A DNA stretch of 64,000 nt from Rhodospirillales bacterium. Lineage in GTDB: Bacteria; Pseudomonadota; Alphaproteobacteria; Bin95. The notes below the pieces were generated by a model. That model ran no database searches, was not told the origin of the DNA, and saw nothing but the letters and a program-made list of their open reading frames with translations. Made by a program: the position numbers and the translations under genes. Positions 1 through 11,252 of the stretch are shown here, in pieces. Location: contig JAYQLI010000035.1 of assembly GCA_038143065.1 (NCBI GenBank), forward strand, positions 96,001 to 160,000, given 5' to 3'. Each line of letters opens with the position of its first letter. The stretch's first letter is position 1.

Positions 1-982
1 TTCTCAGCTTTGGCAGGCCTAGCTGCTGGTGCCGCGGCTGTTGGGGAGAGAGAAAGTTTTTTTCGACTGTAGACCGTGTGTTTTCCATAGCAAAGGATAA
101 TGACATTGGGAGAGATGGATGGATTAGAAGTGCCTCTCCAATCAGTCAACTGGATAGCTTAATGCGGTTGTTGGACCTGCGTACGGCAGCCAATGCAGTT
201 GGTAGAGTGCCGCCAGAAGGAATTTCCGAAATTATCACCTTGGTGGCGGGAACATTAGCTACGATGCGTGCGGGTGACGGTGGGCTCTCAGTATTTAACG
301 GTGGAGAGGGTGACTCCTGGGCAATTGATCTCGCTCTTGCGGCCTCTGGATGGAGGAGGCGTGCTGCTTTGGATCTCCCGATGCTGGATACTCCCGTGCT
401 CTTGCAGGGCGTTCATTACTTTTAATAGGCGCCCAAAATGGCGCCATAGAATTTGGACATGGGAATGATCGTATTTTTGTGAGCACCGGCTCTATTTCAG
501 ATGCACCAGCTCCTCGCTTTCAAAGAGATCATGGCTCCGCCTTTTGTGCACCAATGTTTAAGGGAGCACGACCTCTAGATTTCAACGCAATAGAGCGCGA
601 TAGCGAAGAGGGTGCCACGTTATTAACAGCTTCATTTCAACAGTCACGGCCAGAAATAAACTGGAGGCGCCGAATTTTTTTGGCTGCTGACGGTTTTGAT
701 CTTCGAGGTGAAGATCTTATGGAAACTAGCTCTAAGCAAGCTGGGATTATTCCTTTTCACTTACATCCAAGCGCCGATGCGATTCAGGTCGATGAAACCT
801 CAGCGCTCATAAGAACTGCATCAGGAAATGGTTGGCGCTTGCGTGCTAACCAGGCAATAAATCTATCACCAGAACCTTATCGAGGTTTACCTGGGGTTCC
901 ATCTGCAGCAGTGCGGATAGAATTGCCAATATATCCTGGCCGATCTGGGCGGTGGGCGATCAGAAAAGAAAGCAATACTTAA
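1..982 (+). CDS. Heparinase II/III-like family protein, 5' truncated by window edge and frameshifted (~60 and ~400)
   Basis: ORFs 78..425 and 350..982 give typical segments (GDGGLSVFNGGE, RRIFLAADGFDLRGED, FHLHP, GNGWRL). Position directly upstream of purH is as in many Alphaproteobacteria. Confidence 0.7.
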
Positions 983-1073
983 TTTTCCACTGGTGCTGAG
1001 TTTGACTTTATGGAGCCTGATCCGCAAAAACGCGGTTCCTCATTTCATTCTCAAGTAGGAGTCGCTAAGAGCG

Positions 1074-2691
1074 ATGGCCGTTTCTATAAATCTACCTCCC
1101 TCGCCGGATCTTGTGAAAATTACTCGGGCATTGATTTCTGTCTCGGATAAGACTGGATTAGTTGAATTTGGAAAGTTCTTGGCTTCTTCTGGTGTCGAGA
1201 TTTTATCGACAGGAGGAACACGAAAAGCTCTGGTTGATGCAGGGATACCTGCAATTGAGGTTGCTGAGGTAACTGGCTTCCCTGAAATCCTTGATGGCAG
1301 AGTAAAAACACTTCACCCGAAGGTTCACGGAGGACTTCTCGCAGTACGAGGCCTTCAAGATCATAAGGCGGCTCTGGAAAGCCATGATTTGCCAGAAATA
1401 GATTTATTGGTTGTGAATTTATATCCCTTTGAGTCCACTGTTGCAGGCGGAGCTGATGCTGCCACTTGTATTGAAAATATAGATATCGGTGGCCCAGCCA
1501 TGATTCGGGCGGCGGCTAAAAATCATGGTTATGTAACGGTTTCTACCCATCCTGAACAACTTGCAGCGATAAGGGCGGAAATGGAAGAAAATGAGGGGAG
1601 TACATCTCTTAAATTACGCCGACGTTTGGCAGGAGAAGCTTATTCAAGAACTGCTGCCTATGATTCTCGAATTGCGAACTGGTTTGCTGCAGAGCGAGAG
1701 GAGGTTTTGCCTGCCACGTTGCCTGTTTCTGGCACAGAGGGTCAGACCTTGCGTTATGGAGAAAACCCTCACCAACAAGCAGCTTTTTATCAAATGCCTG
1801 ATGCTCGAGGGTACGTTCGACCAGGCGTGGCAACTGCTGAACAACTCCAAGGCAAAGAACTTTCCTATAACAATCTTAATGATACTGACGCTGCATTTGA
1901 GCTTGCTGCTGAATTTGAGCAGCCCGCGGTTGCCATCATAAAACACGCAAATCCATGTGGTGTAGCGACCGCATCTACCTTGTTGGAAGCTTGAAACAGG
2001 CTCTCAGATGCGATCCTGTGAGTGCTTTTGGTGGCGTGATCGCTGTGAACCGTCCATTAGATGCATCAACAGCTGAGGAGATAGGTAAGCTGTTTGTTGA
2101 AGTCATTATTGCACCTCAGGTTTCTGAAGGTGCTAAGTCTGTTCTCTCCAGTAAAAAAATCTGAGACTCCTCCAGACAGGAGCAATGCCCGATCCGGCTG
2201 CGCTTGGATTGGCATTTAAAAATCTTTCCGGAGGGCTATTAGTACAAACACGAGATAATGGTCGCATTGGTGTTCAAGATTTAAAAGTTGTGACCAAGCG
2301 AGCCCCCACCGAGCAGGAGATGAACGACCTCCTTTTTGCCTTCCGCGTGGGCAAGCATGTGAAATCTAATGCTATTGTTTACGTTAAAAATGGTGCTACT
2401 GTTGGGGTAGGTGCTGGGCAAATGAGTCGAGTTGACTCAGCTCGTATCGCAGCACGTAAAGCAGCAGATGCAGCAGAGGCTTCGGGCCAGTCTGAAGCAC
2501 TAACTAAGGGATCTTTAGTTGCTTCTGATGCATTTTTCCCATTTGCCGATGGTCTAATGGCGGCGGTGGAAGCTGGGGCAACGGCCGTGATACAGCCCGG
2601 TGGATCGATCCGAGATGATGAGGTGATTGCTGCTGCTGATGAAGCTGGACTCGCAATGGTATTTACAGGGATGCGCCATTTCAGGCACTAA
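1074..2691 (+). CDS. purH: Bifunctional AICAR transformylase/IMP cyclohydrolase, split by two frameshifts (~1992, ~2158 at an A-run)
   Basis: [64 protein letters not shown] and TGMRHFRH are spread over ORFs 1074..1994, 1955..2164 and 2185..2691. Confidence 0.97.
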
Positions 2692-2718
2692 ACGAATGAG
2701 TTTTTTGGCTGAGTTTGG

Positions 2719-3262
2719 TCAATGTTTTTGAAGATTTTTGAACCATGCGACAAACTCAGGACTATCCCACTCAGCAAATCCCTCTGCTGAGGCTATAACC
2801 TCTCCTGCGGTATTAAATACAAACGTAGTCGGCATTCCGCGTGCCCCAAGTTCGCGTGCGAGTTTCGAGCGCGGATCTAAATCGGCATCGAGGTTTTTCA
2901 ATCCTAATTTTTCCATGAAAGGGCGAGCTTTTTCTTTGCCACGAGCATCTATTGAAAGCACTAAGACTGTAAAAAGATCTGGTGATAATTTTGACTTCAA
3001 TGAGTCCAAATGTGGCATTTCTCTAACACAGGGCGCACACCATGTGGCCCAGAAATTTAATATAACAATTTTACCGTGGTGGTCCGTTATCTGCGCCTTT
3101 TCTCCATTTTCTTTAATAAAAAATTGCTCTGGAACAGGTAGAGGGGGGAGTGTAATAAGATAGCTTCAGGAGTTGGGGTGGTGCAGCGATGGACGTATGA
3201 CCATGGATGCTCCATAACGCCGCTACAAGACTAATAATCAGTAACTTCAGGGATTGGCGCAT
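2719..3262 (-). CDS. tlpA: TlpA-family thiol:disulfide oxidoreductase with signal peptide, frameshift in G/C run ~3145
   Basis: Extending the frame of ORF 2719..3018 upstream gives [23 protein letters not shown]. The N-terminal [18 protein letters not shown] lies in another frame. Divergent from argH. Confidence 0.88.
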
Positions 3263-4667
3263 GTCCAGCTCCAGTGATAAGTCAGCGAACGCAATGTGGG
3301 GCGGCCGCTTTAAGGGTGGTTCCTCTGATATAATGTCAGAAATCAATGTTTCCATTGGCTTCGACAAACGTCTGGCAGTCCAAGATATTTTAGGCTCTAA
3401 GGCGCATGTCACAATGTTGGCTGCTCAGGGTATTGTTTCAAATTCCGATGCCGCCGAAATTTGTTCTGGGCTTGAACAAGTATTAGCCGAAATTGAGGCC
3501 GGAAACTTTGAATTTAAGACTGATCTTGAAGACATACATATGAATGTTGAATCAAGATTGAGTGAATTAATTGGTCCTGCAGCAGGTCGATTGCATACAG
3601 CACGGTCTCGCAATGACCAGGTAGCAACGGATTTCCGTCTTTGGCTCAGAGACGAAATTGATGCTGTGGTTCCAGCTATTAAAGATCTTCAATTGGCGTT
3701 GATTGATCAGGCCGATGGGGCAGCGGATTATGTAATGCCTGGATTTACCCATTTGCAAAATGCTCAACCTATAACCTTCGGTCACCACCTGATGGCTTAT
3801 GTTGAGATGTTTCAAAGAGATCGAGATCGGTTTCGCGATTGCCGTAAACGCCTAAACGAAAGTCCTTTGGGGTCGGCAGCTTTAGCCGGTACGCCTTACC
3901 CTATTGACAGGGATCATACAGCAAAAGCTCTCGGTTTTGATCGCCCTACTGCCAACTCTATGGACGCTGTTGCATCAAGGGATTTTGCTCTTGAATTTCT
4001 TGGTGCAGCATCAATCCATGCGATGCATCTTTCTCGTTTGGCCGATGAAATCGTGCTTTGGATGAGTGCTCAGTTCAGATTTGTTAAACTCTCGGACGCC
4101 TTTACCACTGGCAGTTCAATTATGCCCCAAAAGCGAAACCCTGACGCTGCGGAGTTGGTTAGGGCGAAGATTGGTCGTATCGCTGGAGCGTTTCAGTCCC
4201 TCATAATGGTAATGAAGGGGCTTCCGCTCACCTATTCAAAGGATATGCAGGAAGATAAAGAGCCAGTATTTCAAGCCGTAGATGCTTTGATGCTTTCAAT
4301 TGCGGCTACGTCAGGAATGATGCGCGACCTTGTACCACAAAAAGACAATATGCTTGCTGCTGCGAAGCTGGGCTTTACTACAGCTACAGATCTTGCTGAT
4401 TGGCTTGTCCAGAAAAAGGGAATGCCCTTTAGAGAGGCGCATCACATTGCCGGAGCTCTAGTTTCTGAAGCAGAAAAAAAAGGCTGTGGCTTAGAAGATT
4501 TGTCGCTGGAAGAAATGCGCTTAATTTCCTCAGAAATAGATGAAAGTGTTTATGAGGTTTTAAGCGTTGAAGCGTCTGCGGCTGCACGCAAAAGTTTTGG
4601 TGGTACGGCTCCTGAGTGTGTGCGAAAAGCGATTGCTGCCGCCCGCACTGAACTTTTGGCAGAATAA
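3261..4667 (+). CDS. argH: Argininosuccinate lyase
   Basis: [49 protein letters not shown]. Start could alternatively be 3294. Confidence 0.97.
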   Translation: MSSSSDKSANAMWGGRFKGGSSDIMSEINVSIGFDKRLAVQDILGSKAHVTMLAAQGIVSNSDAAEICSGLEQVLAEIEAGNFEFKTDLEDIHMNVESRLSELIGPAAGRLHTARSRNDQVATDFRLWLRDEIDAVVPAIKDLQLALIDQADGAADYVMPGFTHLQNAQPITFGHHLMAYVEMFQRDRDRFRDCRKRLNESPLGSAALAGTPYPIDRDHTAKALGFDRPTANSMDAVASRDFALEFLGAASIHAMHLSRLADEIVLWMSAQFRFVKLSDAFTTGSSIMPQKRNPDAAELVRAKIGRIAGAFQSLIMVMKGLPLTYSKDMQEDKEPVFQAVDALMLSIAATSGMMRDLVPQKDNMLAAAKLGFTTATDLADWLVQKKGMPFREAHHIAGALVSEAEKKGCGLEDLSLEEMRLISSEIDESVYEVLSVEASAAARKSFGGTAPECVRKAIAAARTELLAE

Positions 4668-4672
4668 ACCTC

Positions 4673-4795
4673 ATGTGTCGTCTTTTTATAATCGCGTTAG
4701 TTTTGGTTGCAGTTTCCGCTTGTGGAAAAAAGGGAGACTTAAAGCACCCAGAAAATTCAAATGCCACCTACCCCAGAACATACCCAAGCCGGTAA
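4673..4795 (+). CDS. lptM: Small lipoprotein LptM/LppL (YifL) family, 40 aa, below ORF-track cutoff
   Basis: Translates MCRLFIIALVLVAVSACGKKGDLKHPENSNATYPRTYPSR*. Lipobox VSAC followed by GKKGDL..P, in the conserved argH-lptM-lysA order. Confidence 0.85.
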   Translation: MCRLFIIALVLVAVSACGKKGDLKHPENSNATYPRTYPSR

Positions 4796-4804
4796 TCCAA
4801 ACCT

Positions 4805-6091
4805 ATGAATTTTAAAGATCAACTCGCATCCATCGCCCCGGCGTTTTCCTATAATAATGGGCACCTTGAGGCTGGGGGAGTAAACCTTTCAGAAGTGATT
4901 GAAGCAGCGAAGGGTCCTGTTTACGTCTATGCACTTGATTCGGTGTTAGAGAATTTTCTAGGTTTTAAAGAAGCCTTTTCCGGCCAGCCAACGCGGATTT
5001 GTTACGCTATGAAAGCGAATGATTGTGTGGCTATTTTAAAACTATTGTCGGATATGGGTTCAGGTGTCGATGTCGTATCAGGAGGTGAACTCGCTCTTGC
5101 GATGTCTGCGGGAGTTCCAGCAGATAAGATAGTCTTTTCCGGTGTAGGAAAGTCAGACAGTGAGTTGGCGCAGGCGGTGAATGCAGGCGTTATGCAAATC
5201 AACGTAGAAACTCCTTATGAACTAGGCCAACTTGCTAAGATTGCAAACTCAATGGGTAAAGAGGCACCGATTGCTCTACGGGTGAACCCAGATGTTGAAG
5301 CGGGAACACTGGACCAGATTTCAACCGGGCGAGCTACCGACAAGTTTGGGGTAGCTTATCGGGATGCTGCTCGCCTTTATATGGAGGCAGAAAAAACTTC
5401 GGGTCTGGCTCCTAAAGGTATTGCCATGCACATTGGATCACAAATTGGTGATACAGATTTTCTGGCAGCGGCTTGTGCAAAACTAAGGTCTTTGTGGGAA
5501 AGCTTGGCAACCTCTGGCGTAAAACTTGAGCGCTTCGATGTTGGCGGTGGATTAGGTATCCGATACAAAAATGAAGACCCTCCACTAGTGCAGGCTTATG
5601 CCGATACTATAAAAAAAGCCGTATCAGGATTGAACGCCGAAGTTGTTCTGGAGCCTGGACGTCGGATTGTTGGCCCGGCAGGGGTATTGCTCTCTACGGT
5701 AATATCTGTGAAGGAGGCCGCTGGTCGTCGTTTTGTCATTCTTGATGCAGCAATGAATGACTTAATTAGGCCTGCTTTGTACAAGGCCTGGCATGAGATT
5801 GTTCCGCTTACTGATCCTGGGGAAGTACAATGGACGCCAGCTGATGTTGTTGGCCCAGTCTGTGAATCTACTGATAAATTTGCCGATCAGCGTCCGCTGC
5901 CTCCATTGCTACCTGGAGACAAGGTGGCCTTTCTGGCAGCAGGCGCCTATGGGGCGGTTATGGGATCAGAATACAACAGTAGACCTAGAGCTGCCGAGGC
6001 AGTGGTTCGTGGGGGAAATTGGTCCTTCACTCGTAACCCTCGCACCTATGATGATATTATTCAGGAGCAGCATGCTCCATCTTGGCTGTGA
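4805..6091 (+). CDS. lysA: Diaminopimelate decarboxylase
   Basis: YAMKAN (PLP Lys), DVVSGGEL, HIGSQI, DVGGGLG, EPGR, VGPVCESTD, GAYG. Confidence 0.96.
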   Translation: MNFKDQLASIAPAFSYNNGHLEAGGVNLSEVIEAAKGPVYVYALDSVLENFLGFKEAFSGQPTRICYAMKANDCVAILKLLSDMGSGVDVVSGGELALAMSAGVPADKIVFSGVGKSDSELAQAVNAGVMQINVETPYELGQLAKIANSMGKEAPIALRVNPDVEAGTLDQISTGRATDKFGVAYRDAARLYMEAEKTSGLAPKGIAMHIGSQIGDTDFLAAACAKLRSLWESLATSGVKLERFDVGGGLGIRYKNEDPPLVQAYADTIKKAVSGLNAEVVLEPGRRIVGPAGVLLSTVISVKEAAGRRFVILDAAMNDLIRPALYKAWHEIVPLTDPGEVQWTPADVVGPVCESTDKFADQRPLPPLLPGDKVAFLAAGAYGAVMGSEYNSRPRAAEAVVRGGNWSFTRNPRTYDDIIQEQHAPSWL

Positions 6092-6108
6092 GAAATTTGG
6101 AGAGAGTT

Positions 6109-6889
6109 ATGGAAGATCGCATTTATCCCGAGCGTGTACTTGAAAGTGATACTACTCGAACCTTCGCAAATCGGGTGTCTGTGCGCTCCTACACCGATGA
6201 GCCTGTTACTGATGAGCAAGTTGATGCGGTATTGCAGGCAGCATTTCGAGCACCAACTTCCTCTAACATTCAGTCTTATAGCGTTATTGTTGTCCGAGAC
6301 CAGGAGGCGTTAGACCAACTCGCAGTAGTGACCTCCGGTCAAAAGCACGTTGCAAATGCCCCAGTTTTTCTCGCTTTCTGTGCAGACCTGACCCGTATTG
6401 ATAAAGCCATGCGAGACAGAGGCGGGAATATGGAGACAAATAATCTCGAAACAGGTTTAGTCTCCTCGATCGATGCAGCTCTTGTTGGAATGTCAGCCTA
6501 CATAGCTGCTGACCCTTGGTATGAAGGGTGTTATGATTGGCGCTGTCCGCAATAATGCCGCTGAAACTGCAAAAATTTTAGGTTTGCCCAAACGGGTCTA
6601 CTGCGTCTTTGGGATGGTACTAGGTTGGCCCGATAGCATTCCAAAGCAGAAGCCGCGAATGGAGCAGGACGCCGTGGTGCACTATGAGCAATACGGAAAG
6701 ACTATTGCTGGCGAAAAACTTGATCCAAAAGTAGATTCTTATGACAAGGCTCTGGCGGCTCACTACCGAAGTGTTGGAATGACAACCACAGATGATAGTT
6801 GGTCCCATGATGTTGCATAAAAGTTCATGCCTGAACCACGTGAAAACTTGCGAGCTGAATTAAAAAACCTTGGTTTTGATTTTCGTTAG
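6109..6889 (+). CDS. NfsA/FRP-type NADPH-dependent nitroreductase/flavin reductase, frameshift ~6518 and in-frame TAA at 6818-6820
   Basis: RVSVRSYT, APTSSNIQSYS, FCADL, IDAAL, IGAVRN, KPR. The frame continues after the TAA as KFMPEPRENLRAELKNLGFDFR*, a typical NfsA-like C-terminus. Confidence 0.85.
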
Positions 6890-7000
6890 ATTAGAAATCA
6901 ATAAAGTTTTTTAGACTAAAAATAGCTCCACAGTTTATCTGAAGAAATCTACTCATAGCGTCCAAAGAAGTTTGGTTTTTTTGGTCATGAAAGCGGGTGC

Positions 7001-7855
7001 ATGGCGAACAGCTCTTTCCTAGGTGCATTTTGGATGTTAGGGGCGGTTGCCAGCTTTGCTTGCATGCAGATAGCTGGCCGTGAATTGTCTGGATCATACG
7101 ACGCATTCGACATTTTATTAATTCGTAGTGTGAGTGGAATTATCCTAATCACACCTATTGCGTTTGTTTTTGGAGGCGTCACAAATTTTTCGACCAAGCG
7201 TCCAATCGGTCACTGCATTAGGAACGGGATCCATTTCATTGGTCAATTTGGTTGGTTCTATGGAATTGCATTCCTTCCAATGGCCGATGTAACAGCATTA
7301 ACTGCGTCAACACCATTATTCGGAGTTGCTCTGGCTATTATCTTTATGGGAGAGCTTTTCTCGTTTCGCCGTATTGCTATTGTCTTGGCAGGTTTTGTTG
7401 GGGTTCTGATAGTGGTGCGACCTGGTGTAGTTCCGTTAGAACTGGCAACAGGTGTCACTGTACTTGGAGCATTTTGTTACGCAGTCTCAATCATAATGGT
7501 GAAGTCTTTAACTCGAACGGAACCGCCTCTGCGCATCGTCTTTTATATGATGTTGCTCCAGCTCGTGTTTGCGTGTGTATGCACTAGTCTAAATATTTCC
7601 TGGCCTCTCGGGGTAGATTGGCCCTTTGTTATCTTAGTGGGCATAGGTGGACTGACGGCTCATTATTGCATGGCAAGATCAGTTCAGTTGGCAGATGCTA
7701 GTGTTGTAATGCCTGTAAATTTTCTGCAACTGCCTTTGATGGCTTTGGCTGGATTTGTTTTATATGGCGAAAATGTGGACCCTTATACTCTGGGTGGAGG
7801 GGTCCTCATTCTAGGCGCCACCTATTTGAATATTACCCTCTCAAAACAAAGATAG
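7001..7855 (+). CDS. DMT/EamA family transporter
   Basis: 284 aa, about 10 hydrophobic segments, two EamA repeats, GFVGVLIVVRPG motif. Confidence 0.9.
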   Translation: MANSSFLGAFWMLGAVASFACMQIAGRELSGSYDAFDILLIRSVSGIILITPIAFVFGGVTNFSTKRPIGHCIRNGIHFIGQFGWFYGIAFLPMADVTALTASTPLFGVALAIIFMGELFSFRRIAIVLAGFVGVLIVVRPGVVPLELATGVTVLGAFCYAVSIIMVKSLTRTEPPLRIVFYMMLLQLVFACVCTSLNISWPLGVDWPFVILVGIGGLTAHYCMARSVQLADASVVMPVNFLQLPLMALAGFVLYGENVDPYTLGGGVLILGATYLNITLSKQR

Positions 7856-8147
7856 TTAAGATTGTCCGGTGGAACGTTGAAATTCTTTGAAATTGGAAAA
7901 TAAAGATCAAGGAATGAGACTAATTTCCACGGAACTACTCGAGACTTGTATCTCATCCCTTTTTTCGGGTGAAATGACAAAGCGATAGAAATTACATCAA
8001 TGGTCTTAAAAAATGGTTTAAAGGCTATCTAGGTTGATACTTTGGTTTGACATTTATGCATGGGATCGGGTAACTACTCTCGAAATCAATGATCTGATTA
8101 GATCGTTGCAACTCTTTTATAATTTGTTTGTTTTGAGGGCTGGTCCC

Positions 8148-8273
8148 ATGAAAGTCGTTCGTTCGCTTAAGACTCTTAAGAGCCGTCATCGTCAATGCCA
8201 AGTGGTACGGCGGCGCGGGCGGATTTATGTAATCAATAAACAGGTTCGGAAATTCAAAGCCCGGCAGGGTTAA
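8148..8273 (+). CDS. rpmJ: 50S ribosomal protein L36 (C-minus, zinc-free type)
   Basis: [41 protein letters not shown], with GAGGG RBS upstream. Confidence 0.96.
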   Translation: MKVVRSLKTLKSRHRQCQVVRRRGRIYVINKQVRKFKARQG

Positions 8274-8295
8274 GACCTCTCATTATTTCTGTTCG

Positions 8296-8320
8296 GGGGA
8301 TAGTTTAGTTCATCCCCTTT
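8296..8320 (+). terminator. Possible intrinsic terminator after rpmJ
   Basis: GGGGAT-N10-ATCCCC followed by only TTT. Confidence 0.35.
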
Positions 8321-8375
8321 ACGATTGGTTTTGGATCTCGGTGGTCGGTTTTTTGTCCTTCCTATGGCGTGATCT

Positions 8376-9664
8376 ATGCAGACAAATTTTTCTATAGCGC
8401 AGCTTTCCGACCCTGATATGGCCGCTTCGGAGTCGATTCTGAGGTCGTGTGTTCACTGTGGGTTTTGCACTGCTACTTGCCCCACATACCTCCTTCTTGG
8501 CGATGAATTAGACAGCCCTAGAGGACGCATATATCAAATAAAAGATATGTTGGAGTCTGGTCTTCCAGCCCCAAAAACGGTCGTGAAGCACATTGATCGC
8601 TGTCTTTCATGCCTCTCATGTATGACGACATGCCCTTCAGGCGTTCATTATCAGCACTTAGTGGATCATGGCAGGGCGTACGTTAATAAGACCTTCCAGC
8701 GACCATTCTTTGATAGAGCCTTCCGTTCAATCCTTTCATGGGTTTTACCTTACCCAGATCGTTTTCGAGCAGCTTTAGTGCTTGCTTGGCTACTTCGTCC
8801 TTTTGGATCATTAGTTTCTGGGCGTGTAGGTGCGATGCTGCGCCTAGTGCCTAAACGGATTCCACCTCGCTCACCGATCGAAGGCCCCAAAGTCCACAAA
8901 ACAGAAGGTGCCACAGTTAAACGTGTGGCTCTGCTTGCGGGCTGTGCTCAACAGGTGCTTAGTCCTTCCATCAATGAATCTACAATTCGTCTACTCAATC
9001 GTCATGGAGTAGAGGTCGTTACAGCTAAAGGAGCAGGTTGCTGCGGTGCTCTTGTCCATCACATGGGCCGGGCAGAGGAGGGACACGAAGCTGCGCGTCG
9101 TAATGTTGATGCGTGGACGCGGGAAATCGAGGCTGACGGCTTAGATGCAATTATAATCAACGCCTCGGGTTGTGGCACAAGCGTGAAAGATTATGGTTTT
9201 ATGCTGCGGAATGACCCAGCGTATGCCAGCAATGCTGAGCGGGTTTCGGCAATAACTAGAGATATCGTTGAATTTATGTCGGACCTAGGTCTGCAAAATT
9301 CCAAGCCCCTAAGCCATTGAAATTGGCTTATCATTCAGCTTGCTCCATGCAGCACGGTCAGCAATTAAAAGATGAGCCTAAAGCGCTTCTAGAGGATGCA
9401 GGATTTCAGGTAGATACACCAGCAGAGTCTCATATCTGCTGCGGGTCAGCTGGGGTTTATAATATTATGCAACCCCAGTTTGCTGAGCAGTTAAAAGCCA
9501 GAAAAGCGGGTAACCTCTCACGTCTCAAACCTGATGTTGTAGTAGCAGGAAATATTGGTTGTATTAGCCAGTTGCAGGGAGCGATTGATGCGCCAGTGCT
9601 CCATACTGTTGAGTTGTTGGACTGGGCAACTGGTGGGCCAAAACCGGAAAAACTTGATTATTAA
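8376..9664 (+). CDS. glcF: Glycolate oxidase iron-sulfur subunit, frameshift ~9310
   Basis: MQTNF start, CVHCGFCTATCP and CLSCLSCMTTCP 4Fe-4S motifs, CCG domains (CCGAL, CCGSAG), C-terminal HTVELLDWATGGP. Confidence 0.93.
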
Positions 9665-11211
9665 TCAGCGAGTTTTCGTACCCCTCCCCATAATGTATGA
9701 GGGGATTAAAGCCAGCGCCGCTACTACGGCCGTTAACATAAATGTGTCTTGGAAACCTTGTGTTTGTGCTTGCAGAAATACTGTTTGCCCAAGATAACTA
9801 ATTGCACCAGCTGATGACTCAATTGCGGACACACCGGACGCCTGCATTATGTTTACAATGTTAGACAAAGGTCTTGTGCAACTGCATTGTCTGGGGTTTG
9901 GCTCATTGTGATGGTTTGCGCATGATCAGCTGTTCGGCTTTCTAAAAATACCACCATTAGATTAACACCAGTCGCTCCGCCAAAAGTCCTTGCAAAATTT
10001 ATCAAACCTGCTCCCTGGCTTACTTGTTCTGGGCCAAGTGAACGCAGAGCCCCGGTATTTAATGAAGGAATTATCAATGACAAACCAAACCGGTTTACCA
10101 GCGTAAATAAGACAAAGATCCAGTATGGCGTGTTTGTATCTGCCACAGACATCAGAAGGAAGCCGAAGCCAAACCAAAATAAACCGGCCATGATAAGCAG
10201 ATGCGCTGGAAATCTATCTACAAGTCGGCCTGCAGTTGGGAACATGATTACCATCAATATCCCTGCTGGAATTAGAGCAACTCCTGCTTTTGTGGCTGAA
10301 AAGCCCTGGATGTCCTGCATAAAAACAGCAATGGCATAAATTGAGCCAAACATGCCAAAACCAAAAATAATCCCCACCAAAATTGCAGATGCAAATTGAG
10401 GATTTGTAAAAAGGCGGAGGTCTAGCATTGGCCACTTCGCAGTGAGCTGTCTGGCGATGAAAGCCAGCGTTGCTAAAGTACCAATAAAAAGCTCCAAAAT
10501 AATTCTATCGGAAGTCCACCCAAATCGCCTGCCGCTTGCGAGGCCATCAAGAACAAAGCCAAGGGCAAGAGCCATTAGGATCAGGCCAGTCCAGTCAAAA
10601 GGACGTGATGTGCCAGATCGACCAGCTGGCATGAAAGCTCCCCCAGCTACCATTGCGGCAAAGGCAAGAGGCAGAGGTATTAAAAAAACAAACCGCCAGC
10701 TAAGTTCGTCCTTCACAAATCCACCGATGGCAGGTCCAAGTCCCGGGGCCAAAACCACTCCGAGACTAAAAAGCCCCATGGCTGCTCCTCGTCGTTCCGG
10801 TGGAAAGACAGTAAAAATAATTGCCATAGTAAAGGGCTGCATTAATCCTGCACAAAATCCTTGAATGACGCGAGCCAGAATTACGGTTGAGTAATCGACT
10901 GCGGAAAATGCTAGGAATGAGCCTCCTACAAAAATTGCCATTGTTGCGAGAAATACTGTCCTCTGGCCAAAACGCTGTTGTAGCCAAGATGTGAGAAGCA
11001 TAGCTCCAGTCATTGAAGCGAAATATGCAGTTGAAAGCCATTGGGCTTTGTCTTGGCCAATACCAAAGGCCCCCATTACTGCAGGTACAGCTGTATTGAC
11101 GCTGGTAGACGAGAGCACCATACCGATCATTCCAATCAGTCCAGAGCCTGTCATGAGCCATCGCTCGGTCTCGGTAAATGCGGACCAACCTTGGTTTGCC
11201 GTAATAGCCAT
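9665..11211 (-). CDS. DHA2 (EmrB/QacA) MFS efflux transporter, frameshift near 3' end (~9865)
   Basis: Long hydrophobic ORF with ARVIQG, FPPERRGAAMG, GPAIGG, WRFVFL, DLRLF. C-terminal GFQDTF helix lies in ORF 9665..9868. Confidence 0.9.
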
Positions 11212-11252
11212 TAAATTAGAATGAGGGATAGTTGCGTTGCTTGAAGTAACTT

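Noticed and set aside
1985-2000. TGA ending the first purH ORF (and likewise TGA at glcF 9318-9320) as further Sec sites
   Set aside because: The protein continues in a different frame, so these are indel frameshifts, not in-frame readthrough.
6818-6820. In-frame stop within the nitroreductase C-terminus as possible recoding
   Set aside because: The codon is TAA, not TGA/TAG. It sits next to an A-run, not at a catalytic motif, and has no recoding hairpin, so a base-call error is most likely.
8148-8273. Zinc-free L36 as a zinc-starvation paralogue
   Set aside because: The C-minus form is the normal L36 in Alphaproteobacteria, and no Zur box or paired L31 paralogue is seen.
8376-9664. glcF without glcD/glcE
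   Set aside because: Partners can be encoded elsewhere. Operon splitting is common and cannot be assessed from this window.
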